Position numbers and translations under genes: made by a program
Part shown: positions 1 through 8,927 of the stretch, one piece after another
Layout: each line of letters begins with the position of its first letter
Position numbering within the stretch: position 1 is the stretch's first letter
DNA from: an uncultured delta proteobacterium
GTDB taxonomy: Bacteria; Desulfobacterota; Syntrophobacteria; BM002
DNA: 64,000 bases
NCBI GenBank assembly: GCA_963712115.1
Contig: CAVQGX010000043.1
Span: 32,001 to 96,000, forward strand
Reading direction: 5' to 3'
Notes under the pieces: generated by a model
Seen by the model: the letters and a program-made list of their open reading frames with translations, nothing else
Told to the model about the DNA's origin: nothing
The model's database searches: none

Positions 1-319
1 CTTTCAAGGTCGGGATTTCTTTCTCACTTCTTGTGACGATTACCTTTCCGCTCTCCAGTATTGGCAGTCCTTTCTCCTTGCAGTATGTACGCATGAGGAA
101 ATTGCCATTTAGGCATGATCTGGCTTTTAAGCTATCTGGGGCATAGTAAATACCTGCGTGCAATACTCCGCTATTACGCCCGGATGCGTGTTTACCTAAA
201 TCCTTCTCTTTGTCTATAATAACAATGTCTTTGTATCCCTTTTGGATCAGCTCTCTGGCGATTGTAAGGCCAATTATACCCCCACCGACTATAAGGATGT
301 CAGCCGTGGTCTTGGACAT
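1..319 (-). CDS. lhgO: L-2-hydroxyglutarate oxidase-like FAD-dependent oxidoreductase, N-terminal part (runs off the window start)
   Basis: Manual translation MSKTTADILIVGGGIIGLTIARELIQKG...HASGRNSGVLHAGIYYAPDSLKA has the GxGxxG and SGRNSGVLHAGIYY motifs; GGGGAG RBS upstream. Not in the ORF track. Confidence 0.8.
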   Translation of the reverse strand, partial: MSKTTADILIVGGGIIGLTIARELIQKGYKDIVIIDKEKDLGKHASGRNSGVLHAGIYYAPDSLKARSCLNGNFLMRTYCKEKGLPILESGKVIVTRSEKEIPTLK

Positions 320-658
320 GGTTGCTCCCCTTAGTTGGTTAGAATCAGAAGTAAGCTCTTAAAAACCACAACTTAGGCGGTAAGGCGAAGGGCACAAGGC
401 ATAGGGCATGGAGCATAGAGTCTAAACATTTCGAAATTGTTCTTCGGACTTCCACCCTTCGGGCGGGTTCCCGATTTCGAATTTCGAAGTTAGAAATTAC
501 TATACCTGGCTACTGAATCCTGACCCCTGACGTCTGACCCCTGACCCCCTAGTATACCCATGCCGTCAAAAACGGGAAGGATCTTTTTACTGGGTTGAGC
601 CAAATCAATCAATTTGCTTGATTTACGGCAGTTCACGGGAAGAGGTAATTAGTTTTTG

Positions 659-1357
659 TTAGTTTTGAGATGAAGGTGTGCGGGCTAAACGGGAAAGGCG
701 CCATAGTTCCGCCTCATTTTTTTGAATTTCTTGCTCTTCTTCCTGATTTAATCGGTCAGCCTTGCGCATAGCAGCTTTTTGGACAAGGAGAAGCTTCTGT
801 CCTATGCGGTCAAGCGCTTCGTTGAGACTGACACGGCGCTCGTCGTCGTTGATGGCAGTCTCGAAACGGTGCAGGGCGGCAACTGTAAGGCGATTTATCT
901 CTTTCCAATCAAGAGGTTCTCCCCTTTCTTCGAGTTGCACAGTGTAGAGGCCTGCATGACAGCTTGAGAGGACGCCCCGACGCAACTCCAGCCAGATTTG
1001 AGAATTTATTGCCTTAAGTCGGCGGTGAATTTCTTCTAGGCTGTAGGACTCAGGAAAGGATGGTTTGACTGGTTTGCGGCCCAAAATTTTTGAGAACCAA
1101 GACCGCCTTGAAGAGGACAAGGGTGGATTTTCTGACTGGGCCAGTATTGCAACTGGTAGTCCATCATTTTTGTTTTCTATTTGGGCGCTGAGCAACGAAG
1201 CGTAGCCTTCCGCCAGGTGATAACCCCAGAGGGACCCCAGTGTCAGTCCTAACATCGCTCCGAGGCTGCTGTAAAGCCACCATCCGACGGCAGTGCCCCA
1301 GAAGGAGCCGAGGAGAATGAATAGTAGACCACAAAGGTTTGCCAACACCTGGTTCAT
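659..1357 (-). CDS. hypothetical membrane protein
   Basis: Long ORF (track start 1423; likely start MNQVLANL) with two N-terminal hydrophobic Gly-rich helices and a charged C-terminus. Confidence 0.55.
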   Translation of the reverse strand: MNQVLANLCGLLFILLGSFWGTAVGWWLYSSLGAMLGLTLGSLWGYHLAEGYASLLSAQIENKNDGLPVAILAQSENPPLSSSRRSWFSKILGRKPVKPSFPESYSLEEIHRRLKAINSQIWLELRRGVLSSCHAGLYTVQLEERGEPLDWKEINRLTVAALHRFETAINDDERRVSLNEALDRIGQKLLLVQKAAMRKADRLNQEEEQEIQKNEAELWRLSRLARTPSSQN

Positions 1358-1539
1358 AATAGGAGACTCTTTTCGTAGGGTAAAACCATCTAACATATTG
1401 GATTTAAGCAACATACGTGCCATAGTTCATGTGCATTCTATCGATTGTTAAACTACATCCACAGTGCAAGTTCGGATATTGCGGCAGCCAATCTAAAACC
1501 TAACATCTCAAATCTGAAATGGAACTTGCGTTCTTTTCT

Positions 1540-1725
1540 CAGCCTTGATAATCTTAAGTCGCATCAAAGGGCTACTAAGACCGCAGATATGGCCGTTCTT
1601 CCGGGCGTCACAACGACTTTTCAAGTACGGTGTGGGTGCCCGGCACGCGGCGCAAGCGTCTGCGCTGCGCGTGCCAAGCCCATCTTCACGGTCTCTCAAC
1701 ACTTTTTCATAAACTATGTGAGTTA
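1540..1725. mobile_element. diverged relative of the TIR-bounded MITE-like element
   Basis: GACCGCAGATATGGCCGTTCTTCCGGGCGTC and CCCATCTTCACGGTCTC...TTCATAAAC resemble the matching parts of the copies at 10431 and 23879. Boundaries are approximate. Confidence 0.5.
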
Positions 1726-1751
1726 AATGCTAATTGCTGGGGGGATGACGC

Positions 1752-1931
1752 ATGGCCACATTGAACCTCAAGAACTTTCCTGAAGATTTACACGAGCAGG
1801 CCAAATCACGCGCTGCCCTGGAGGGGATTACCCTAAGAGAACTTGTTGTGCAGGCAGTGACCGGGTACCTTTCTGGCCCTATTACCCTTGATGTCCAGGA
1901 AGTAATCGTAAAGAAGAAAGATTCTGAGTAA
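1752..1931 (+). CDS. small ribbon-helix-helix (Arc/FitA-like) DNA-binding protein, 59 aa
   Basis: MATLNLKNFPEDLHEQAKSRAALEGITLRELVVQAVTGYL fits an RHH pattern; GGGGGA RBS. Below the ORF-track length cutoff. Confidence 0.7.
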   Translation: MATLNLKNFPEDLHEQAKSRAALEGITLRELVVQAVTGYLSGPITLDVQEVIVKKKDSE

Positions 1932-1947
1932 GAATAAATGGTGAAAA

Positions 1948-2271
1948 ATGGAAGAATCTCGTCGTTCTAGACGCAAGAACATGGCTGGAGATGTGAAGAT
2001 TTTTACCAATGGCGGTACTTATTTGGGAGGCCTTAGAGACATTTCCGAAGGCGGCATCTCAGTGGCGACTTCAACCCCTTATGAAGTTGGCTATGAGATG
2101 TTTGTCTCAATCGAATTGCCGGAGACACTGGAGACAGTTACCGCCTTGGCCGAAGTGGTGTGGGTCCATCCTTTGGAGGCTACCTTTCATCCAACAGGTA
2201 TGGGTCTTAAGTTCCTTGCTCTAAAAGACGAGGATTATTATAAGTTAGAGAAGATTCTTGAACTAGCCTGA
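1948..2271 (+). CDS. stand-alone PilZ domain protein
   Basis: RxxxR (RRSRR), DISEGG and the EVVW...GMGLKF pattern. Confidence 0.8.
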   Translation: MEESRRSRRKNMAGDVKIFTNGGTYLGGLRDISEGGISVATSTPYEVGYEMFVSIELPETLETVTALAEVVWVHPLEATFHPTGMGLKFLALKDEDYYKLEKILELA

Positions 2272-2495
2272 TGTTAGAGGCATAGCCTCTGGTAACCGGT
2301 AGGTTTTTGAAACCGTTTAAACCGTTCAATTCGTTCAAGCCGTTCAAATCGTAAAACATTTTTAAATCCGCAATCCGAAATTCTGACCTCCGACCCCTGA
2401 CCTCTGAGTTCTACCTGCTTTCAGCTTTATTTCCCTATGCCCCATGCTCCATGCCCCATGCCAATTCCGGAACAATCTTGGACTGTGAAGGAATA

Positions 2496-5228
2496 TCAGG
2501 TAGGTATTACAACTGGCTCCCGCAACAAACGTTCAATAGCCTCAGTGGCACTGGCTGCAAGACGTGGGTGAGTTTGGGTGAGGCCTTCTAATTGTCGAAG
2601 GCTGTCAGCGGTACGATAAATCAGCATAGCCAGATCGCCTTCGTCTAGACCAGAAATGGCCAGCAACTCGTCCCAGGTGGCTCCTCCAATCCAAAAGTAA
2701 ATAGCGGCTGCGGGCCAGAAGGATAAAGGCTGAACCACAAAACCTTGAGAACGCAGGCGGCGGCGCAAAGGATGCAGCGCCGAGACCATTTTAGCGAAGG
2801 CCTGGCCCAGATTTGGATACTTCAGGTTGAGTTGTTCCGCAGGATCGTCGTGACTATCCCGATCGCTGACGAAGGGGGCTATGAGGCTGGCTAACATGGC
2901 TGGGTCGTCATGGGGAAAAACATCATGCCGGATAGACTCAGCTACCAGTAATGGCTGGTCGAGCCGCAGCTGTGAGGCCCAGACGCCATCGGCACTCAAA
3001 CGACCTGCCTCGTCCACATAACCTTCTTCTCGCAGAAAGTGGAAGTGACGGTTGAATTCGAACCAAATTTGATTGGTCACTTGATCAACGCGCTGTCGCA
3101 AGTCTAGGATTTTGTTCATTTTTTTTGTGAAATTACCCCGTCTCTCTGGCTCACATCTGTTTAGATGAGCGCATTGGGGGCAGGGGAGGGCTGCAATGGC
3201 AGCCTGGAGGTCATCGCGCCTGGTCTTCAGGGTTTGCCAACCATCTTGCTGGGGGGAGGGGAGAGGTTCTTTGATTTCCAGCTTCGGATGAGTGTCAAGG
3301 GGCTTGGTGAGAACTGATTGGAGCCAAAGCTCTGGTTTATCCAGACCAGTTAGATCAAAACAAACGTCTAGTAAGGAAACAACCTTGTCAAAACGCAGCC
3401 ATCTTTTCCGCACACGACCGCGGCGCAAGCCTGGTCCTACCCGAAGGGCAGTAATCCCCTCTGCTCCTCCTCGGCTCTCCTTCCCTAAGGTAACGAAGAA
3501 GTCTCGCTTCTTGTTTTGAAAGAGCCTTCCAGGAGTTATATAGGCCTGTTTACTGAGAAGATCCCAACTCCGGCGGAGCTCCAGGTGCGATTGTTTAAGC
3601 TGGTACTCCAACTCGCGTTTTTTGGACAGAGTTCGCAAAACCGTATCCAGATCGCCACATCGAGCTTCCCCCAGTTCAGCGCTTAGGTCTTTTTCCAGCA
3701 GTCTCAAATCCTCAACAAGTTCTCTCCGTTCTTCCAAATTCTGGTAAGTGGCAAAGGAACGAGCAAGTAACGTCCTTATTCCTTCGGGTCGATGGGAAAG
3801 CAGTAAATTCAAAACCATAGAGAAGGTGATATGAATTTGGCTATTTACTGGGTCAGGTGTTGAGTGCAGGAGATCTATGATGAGGTGAGGATCCTGATAA
3901 GGTCCAGGTAACACAACAACGAAGCCCACCTTGTCCATACCTCGCCGTCCCGCCCTGCCGGTCATTTGGAGGAGATCAGTTGCACTGAGGGGAACGAATG
4001 CACGTCCGTTGAAACGATCGCTTTGGGAAAGAACCACGGTGCGTGCTGGAAAATTGACACCTGCTGCCACAGTTGAGGTAGAAAAAATCGCCTCTAGCTG
4101 TCCTTCTTTCATCATAATTTCCACGAGGCCCTTCCATTGGGGTAGTTGCCCTCCATGGTGGGCTGCCACCCGGCCGTTTCGAAGCGAAGAAAGTTGCCGG
4201 TGGCCTTTTAGGTACCCGTGGGTTTGCAGCAGTTGCCGCAGTCGTTTGTGAAAGCGACGATCTTTCTCTTCGCTCTCATTGGGGAGAAGACGGGGCAATG
4301 CCGCGAGCAAAGCCTGGTTACAGTCTGATCTCGACTTCAGGAAAAAAATAGCAGGCAACATGTTGAGGTGACGAAGCCCATTAATTATCTGGGAGAAGTT
4401 CGCAACCCCCTGCCGTGGAGTAAGTCCGGCCCTCGGGCTATTGCGGAGAAAGTGGCGCACCTTGCCCGTCATTTGTCTTCGCTGAATAAGAGGTGTGACC
4501 TCGCCGGTGGGAAACATGAAGAGTGGGTGGATGGGCACAGGTCGTTCATGAGCTGCCACAACTCTGCATGGAGCCTGACGCAACCATTCCAGCCATCCGG
4601 CAATCTCTGCTCCGTTAGAGATGGTTGCTGAGAGGAGCAACACCCTCACCCGAGCCGGAAGATAAATTATAACCTCCTCCCAGACTACCCCCCGATCCTC
4701 ATCTCCCAGGTAATGAGCTTCATCAAGTACTACAAGATCAACCTCTAGGTCCTCTCCCCGGTGCATGGCGTCGTAAAGCTGATTGCGAAGAATTTCGGTA
4801 GTGCCAACAATTACAGGCGCTTGAGTATTCTCTTTGCGATCGCCGGTGAGAATGCCAACGTTTTCTTTGCCAAATTTATGACAGAATTCCGTATACTTGG
4901 AATTAGAGAGTGCCTTCAAAGGAGAGGCATACCAGATGCGTTCTCTCTGGGCCAGCAACTTTTCCATAGCCTGAAGAGCAATCCAGGTCTTGCCAGAGCC
5001 TGTAGGGGCGGTAACCAACACGTCACTATGCTGCAATTCCTCGACAGCTCTTAGCTGAAAGGGGTCTGGGACAAGGGGCGTAGCTTTGGGCACGCCGATC
5101 TCCGCAAGGAGCGGTTTCAGTTGGCGCGAAGCCCTTGGTTTAAACCCAGGAGAATCCTTTTGCGCTCCAGGTTGACCTTTTCTGCGCTTCCGTTGGTATT
5201 TTTTTGTGGGATATCTTCTTCTATTCAT
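2496..5228 (-). CDS. Ski2/HelY-like DEAD/DEAH-box RNA helicase
   Basis: APTGSGKT, SPLKALSN, DEAH, LSAT, AHHGG and QMTGRAGRRGMD motifs; DSHCT-like C-terminus (EGDLAMLIYRTADSL). Confidence 0.9.
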   Translation of the reverse strand: MNRRRYPTKKYQRKRRKGQPGAQKDSPGFKPRASRQLKPLLAEIGVPKATPLVPDPFQLRAVEELQHSDVLVTAPTGSGKTWIALQAMEKLLAQRERIWYASPLKALSNSKYTEFCHKFGKENVGILTGDRKENTQAPVIVGTTEILRNQLYDAMHRGEDLEVDLVVLDEAHYLGDEDRGVVWEEVIIYLPARVRVLLLSATISNGAEIAGWLEWLRQAPCRVVAAHERPVPIHPLFMFPTGEVTPLIQRRQMTGKVRHFLRNSPRAGLTPRQGVANFSQIINGLRHLNMLPAIFFLKSRSDCNQALLAALPRLLPNESEEKDRRFHKRLRQLLQTHGYLKGHRQLSSLRNGRVAAHHGGQLPQWKGLVEIMMKEGQLEAIFSTSTVAAGVNFPARTVVLSQSDRFNGRAFVPLSATDLLQMTGRAGRRGMDKVGFVVVLPGPYQDPHLIIDLLHSTPDPVNSQIHITFSMVLNLLLSHRPEGIRTLLARSFATYQNLEERRELVEDLRLLEKDLSAELGEARCGDLDTVLRTLSKKRELEYQLKQSHLELRRSWDLLSKQAYITPGRLFQNKKRDFFVTLGKESRGGAEGITALRVGPGLRRGRVRKRWLRFDKVVSLLDVCFDLTGLDKPELWLQSVLTKPLDTHPKLEIKEPLPSPQQDGWQTLKTRRDDLQAAIAALPCPQCAHLNRCEPERRGNFTKKMNKILDLRQRVDQVTNQIWFEFNRHFHFLREEGYVDEAGRLSADGVWASQLRLDQPLLVAESIRHDVFPHDDPAMLASLIAPFVSDRDSHDDPAEQLNLKYPNLGQAFAKMVSALHPLRRRLRSQGFVVQPLSFWPAAAIYFWIGGATWDELLAISGLDEGDLAMLIYRTADSLRQLEGLTQTHPRLAASATEAIERLLREPVVIPT

Positions 5229-5687
5229 ATATAATTTAACATATTGATATATATATAAATTAGATTTCTAAATTAATATTTAACATTAACTTATATCACC
5301 GATTGGTTTTTCATTCAAATCTAGGAAATTTGGTCCTCCGGCCTCCGGTTCGACTCCATTCCGTAGGGAACTATGCCCGGTTAGAGTGCTAGAGCATTAC
5401 AAAATATCAAATTCCAAGCACCAAATTCCAATATTCAAACACAGAGACAGGTTTGGAATTTTGAATTTTGGTCATTGTGATTTGTTTGAAATTTGTGATT
5501 TGCGATTTGGAATTTTAATTACTCTAGCACTCCATTACTCCAGCAGACTTTCGGATGAAGGAAAGACCAGCTCTGGTGGACCTCAAAGCCAGGTCCTTTG
5601 CGCCTGGAGTCTTTAGTCTTGCTCTGTTCCCCTTCTCTGGTATAAATGTGAAGATGGTTTTCCTCTTATTGTGGGGAGTCGGTTTCT

Positions 5688-6281
5688 ATGTCTGAAGGTA
5701 GAGAGGTCCAGGAGTACCTCCGACTTGAAGGTCCGCTAGGTCTTATGGCCATTCACGGTGGAGGTATTGAGCCTGGCACCGAGGAAATAGCAAGATTTGT
5801 AGCCTATCACAGCGGAGCCAGCCTTTACATTTACGCAGGCCGGCTGTCCGGGGGAAATCTTTCCTTGCACCGACCCAGCCATGATGGGAGAATCGAGAAA
5901 AGGGCTTTGGTTGTGCAATTCCTCAAGCATGTGAAAACTGCCATATCAATACACGGCCACGGTCGCGGACAAAACCGCGCTTATGTAGGAGGCCTGCATC
6001 AAAGCATGGTGCAGAGTTTTGTAGAGCTTGCGCGGCCAGCCCTTTCGCAATATGAGTGGATATCGGACCCGGAGATCATACCGCCGGGGTTAAGCGGCCA
6101 AAGCCCGAGTAACCTGGTTAACCTCCCACCTGCTAAAGGAATGCAGCTCGAATTGCCCTTAAAATTAAGACAGACTAAGGGGACTCCAGACGGCAGAGGT
6201 TTCGAGCCGGCTGGAGATGCTCTGCTATTGAGCCGATTATTGATCAGTTTTGTTACCACCTTGATCAATGAAAGTAGTTAA
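5688..6281 (+). CDS. poly-gamma-glutamate hydrolase family protein (YjqB/DUF867-like)
   Basis: AIHGGGIEPGTEEIA, ISIHG, YVGG, N-x-VN and GMQLEL motifs. Confidence 0.75.
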   Translation: MSEGREVQEYLRLEGPLGLMAIHGGGIEPGTEEIARFVAYHSGASLYIYAGRLSGGNLSLHRPSHDGRIEKRALVVQFLKHVKTAISIHGHGRGQNRAYVGGLHQSMVQSFVELARPALSQYEWISDPEIIPPGLSGQSPSNLVNLPPAKGMQLELPLKLRQTKGTPDGRGFEPAGDALLLSRLLISFVTTLINESS

Positions 6282-6718
6282 CAGAACTGGGCCTTGCGCC
6301 AGCCAGCCTCACGGAATTTCTTAACTCGGGCAGAGCCCCACCGTTTTATTTCCGCTAGATAGAGGCGCATGTCTTGATCTGCCAGTCCAATTATTTGTTG
6401 CCTTTCCACCAGTCTCTGGTCCAATTCATCGGGTGTAAAACCATTCCAACTTGCATAGCCCTGGTCAAAAATGAATGCTGGGCTAAGATCTGCGGTGTTG
6501 ATATTGGCACGATGCAAACAACCGCGGGCGATAACTAGATCGAATTTCAAAATCCAATCGTTGTCTTCAAGCATGGACTCGGCGTCGAAATTTACATTTC
6601 TTGAGCACTCAGGACAGAAAATGTTACTAAGGACACTGAGATTTAAAATATGATTCTTGAACAAAAGATTAGCTTGATTCTGACCGCAGCTGCACGATAA
6701 ACGGTGGTTGCTGCACAT
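6278..6718 (-). CDS. hypothetical protein with CxC and CxxC motifs (possible Zn ribbon)
   Basis: Track ORF 6278..6757; likely start MCSNH; contains CSCG and FCPECS. Confidence 0.6.
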   Translation of the reverse strand: MCSNHRLSCSCGQNQANLLFKNHILNLSVLSNIFCPECSRNVNFDAESMLEDNDWILKFDLVIARGCLHRANINTADLSPAFIFDQGYASWNGFTPDELDQRLVERQQIIGLADQDMRLYLAEIKRWGSARVKKFREAGWRKAQFC

Positions 6719-6858
6719 TTGCACATGTCCTTTGTCGGCTTTGAATTTTATCAGCATTATTCTATGCCCGGGGCCCCATAATTACAAGAGATGGTTTCGG
6801 CAAGACTGGAATAATGGAATAATGGGTTAGTGGAACTCTGGGCAAGGTAGAAAAGAAG

Positions 6859-7431
6859 TTGAATATGAGAGATGAACAAGATTTTCGACTTCTTTACCGG
6901 AGATTTATTCAACTGGGGCGATGGTTGCTGCTGCTGGTCTGCCTTGTTGCTGGACTATTCCTTCTGGTAGGCGAAAAAAGCATAGGTTTCGGCATTTTAT
7001 TTATTTTGGCTGTGCTCTGGTTGATTCTAGACAATCCTTTGGAAAGTTTCGCGACTCTGGAGGTTCATGACTCTTCAAATGTTAATTCGCAATCCGATGA
7101 GGGGGAGGAGGTTTTGCCGGACTTCTCCCAAAGGGAGGCAGTTGTAGTAGGTCCAAGTGACACTTTAGATCTCCACACCTTTTCTCCCAAAGAGGTACCA
7201 TCGCTGCTAGAGGAGTTTATCCATCAGTCACAGAGAGCTGAGATTTATCTAGTCAAGATAGTTCACGGGAAGGGTTCTGGCGCCCTGCGCCGTCGGGTGC
7301 AGGCTTTATTAGCACGGGATCGACGAGTTCTAGCATTTTATGATGCCCCGCGGAAATCTGGCGGGTGGGGAGCCACGGTGGTGGAGCTTCTGCCACGCCA
7401 AGAAGGGGAGAGCGACGAATCGAATTCCTGA
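6859..7431 (+). CDS. Smr domain protein with N-terminal transmembrane helices
   Basis: LDLHTF, IVHGKGSGALR and SGGWGATVV are Smr motifs; two hydrophobic N-terminal segments. Confidence 0.85.
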   Translation: MNMRDEQDFRLLYRRFIQLGRWLLLLVCLVAGLFLLVGEKSIGFGILFILAVLWLILDNPLESFATLEVHDSSNVNSQSDEGEEVLPDFSQREAVVVGPSDTLDLHTFSPKEVPSLLEEFIHQSQRAEIYLVKIVHGKGSGALRRRVQALLARDRRVLAFYDAPRKSGGWGATVVELLPRQEGESDESNS

Positions 7432-7480
7432 GGTGTGGGCGGCAGGCAGAGTAAAAGAGTAAAGAGGACAGAAGACAGCA

Positions 7481-7588
7481 GGCAGCAGATAGAACTTAGA
7501 GGTCAGAGATCAGATGTCGGAGGTCAGGAGTAAAGCTGATCTCTGATCTCCGACTTCTGACCTCTGTGAGGGACGACTTCTACGATTT
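7481..7588. repeat. 108-bp palindromic intergenic repeat, copy 1
   Basis: About 6 mismatches against 57441-57548; internal inverted repeat AGAGGTCAGA...TCTGACCTCT. Confidence 0.85.
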
Positions 7589-7700
7589 CTAGGACTTCGA
7601 TGTGGGATGGAAGATTGGAAGAGGATAGGCGGGGAATCTCACATCTCACATCGTAGGCTTCGAATTTTTGACAGAGGGTGCAGGGAACGACGAATAATGG

Positions 7701-7730
7701 TTGACGAATTGAAAGGCTGGAATGTAAACT
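7701..7730 (+). promoter_or_regulatory. sigma70-like promoter of the candidate ncRNA
   Basis: TTGACG-18 nt-TAAACT. Confidence 0.5.
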
Positions 7731-7736
7731 AGATTT

Positions 7737-7894
7737 AACTCCCACAGGCTCTCCGGCCGTGGTCCCTAGGGGCTGCAAGCGTTTGCTACCGCTTCCTTTC
7801 GCAAGTAGGTTACTGGCAACGAAAGCGAATCCTGTGGATGGGGCCGGTAAAGGTCGGTGGGAGATCTACCGCGGGGCTTCGGCCCCGCTTTTTT
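7737..7894 (+). ncRNA. candidate structured ncRNA (rod-like hairpin plus terminator), family unknown
   Basis: Nested pairings CTCCCAC/GTGGGAG, CCGGCC/GGCCGG, TCCCTAGG/CCTGTGGA and CGTTTGCTA/TGGCAACG. Promoter directly upstream, terminator directly downstream, no ORF in the track on this strand. Confidence 0.5.
7871..7894 (+). terminator. intrinsic terminator
   Basis: GCGGGGC-TTCG-GCCCCGC followed by TTTTTT. Confidence 0.9.
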
Positions 7895-7972
7895 ATTTTG
7901 GTAAACGGTGAACAATTAACTACTTGACTAGTTCTCTAATTAACTACCTGCGAGCTGCCAGCTGGGAAGTGC

Positions 7973-8713
7973 TTATCTTTTGCTTCTTTTGAGGCGCCGC
8001 TCGCTGCTTCTCTGGCGCTTACGCTCTTTATCCTTTTTCCTCCTCTCTCTTCTCATTGGATCAGGGTCCCTGGCGGGGTCAAGCAAAAAAGAACCAATCA
8101 TTTCCGTTACATCCACTTTGCGAGGCTTAGGGGCTTTCGGTCGTGAGACCTTAGTGGGCTTGGGAGATTCGCGGAGAGGCGGGCCACTCAGGAAGGGGGG
8201 AGGGAGAGTTCTTACCAAATAGAGGAATTCGCCACAAAGAGAAAAGGCGTGGCCTTTATCGTGGGCCTGAGCCGCATGTATGGTCAAAAGTATCGGTTTG
8301 GGGTCACGACGTCTACCAATACGCAAGGCTATTTCCTCTGTTGTGGCCAAGGGCACATAGGGACGGCCTGCCGGCCTGAGCCCATGCTTGAGGATCACGG
8401 GGTAAGCCTTTCTTCTTGCGGCGTAAAAGAGCAATCGAGGCGGGACAGTGGTTGAACTTATCTGCTCCCTCGGTTGTTTGGGTTTTATATAATTTTCCTC
8501 TAGGGTGAAGGCTGACTCAAATTGGGAGTAAGCCAATTCTTGCAGATGGCTCAAACGGATGTGCTTCAAGCCTTCTTCCTCATGAAGGGCCCACAGGAGC
8601 TCTTTGATAGGGAGGGAGCCATCATTGTCCAAAAATAGCCCGAATTCATCAGGTCGGTAGAGGAGGATGTACTCGATGATTTTTCCTAGTTCCTGAAGCT
8701 GGTATTTCCTCAA
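7973..8713 (-). CDS. RNA 2'-phosphotransferase (KptA/Tpt1)-like protein, divergent
   Basis: PDEFGLFLDNDG, ILKHGLRP.GRPYVPL and IGRRRDPKPILLTI match the family layout; basic C-terminal tail. Confidence 0.7.
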   Translation of the reverse strand: MRKYQLQELGKIIEYILLYRPDEFGLFLDNDGSLPIKELLWALHEEEGLKHIRLSHLQELAYSQFESAFTLEENYIKPKQPREQISSTTVPPRLLFYAARRKAYPVILKHGLRPAGRPYVPLATTEEIALRIGRRRDPKPILLTIHAAQAHDKGHAFSLCGEFLYLVRTLPPPFLSGPPLRESPKPTKVSRPKAPKPRKVDVTEMIGSFLLDPARDPDPMRRERRKKDKERKRQRSSERRLKRSKR

Positions 8714-8772
8714 TGTTTGGTCCCAGAGTTCTGTGCAAGCAAATTGTTGGTCAATTTATCTACCTTTTATTC

Positions 8773-8801
8773 TTGACACAATCCCGCCTATTCTCTATGG
8801 T
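8773..8801 (+). promoter_or_regulatory. sigma70 promoter of the attenuated cluster
   Basis: TTGACA-17 nt-TATGGT. Confidence 0.7.
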
Positions 8802-8843
8802 ATAGCATCATTCATCCGAAAGGCAAGGAGTCGGGAGTACTTC

Positions 8844-8927
8844 ATGGCCTTCTCCGCGAGACAGACCGTCCTCCAGAGATATTATTACTTTTTTTATTAT
8901 TTTAGTGGGGAGACGTCTGTCCACTAG
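8844..8927 (+). CDS. Phe/Tyr-rich attenuator leader peptide (27 aa)
   Basis: MAFSARQTVLQRYYYFFYYFSGETSVH*; GGAG RBS 6 nt upstream; 8 consecutive Tyr/Phe codons at 8880-8903. Confidence 0.85.
   Translation: MAFSARQTVLQRYYYFFYYFSGETSVH

Noticed and set aside
7785-7805. Minus-strand CGAAAGGAAGC resembling the SRP RNA domain IV motif
   Set aside because: The upstream CAGG-N-CC half is missing, and the promoter and terminator point to the + strand.
8733-8843. Track ORF 8733..8927 read as a 64-aa protein
   Set aside because: Its 5' part spans the promoter. Only the ATG at 8844 has an RBS inside the predicted transcript.
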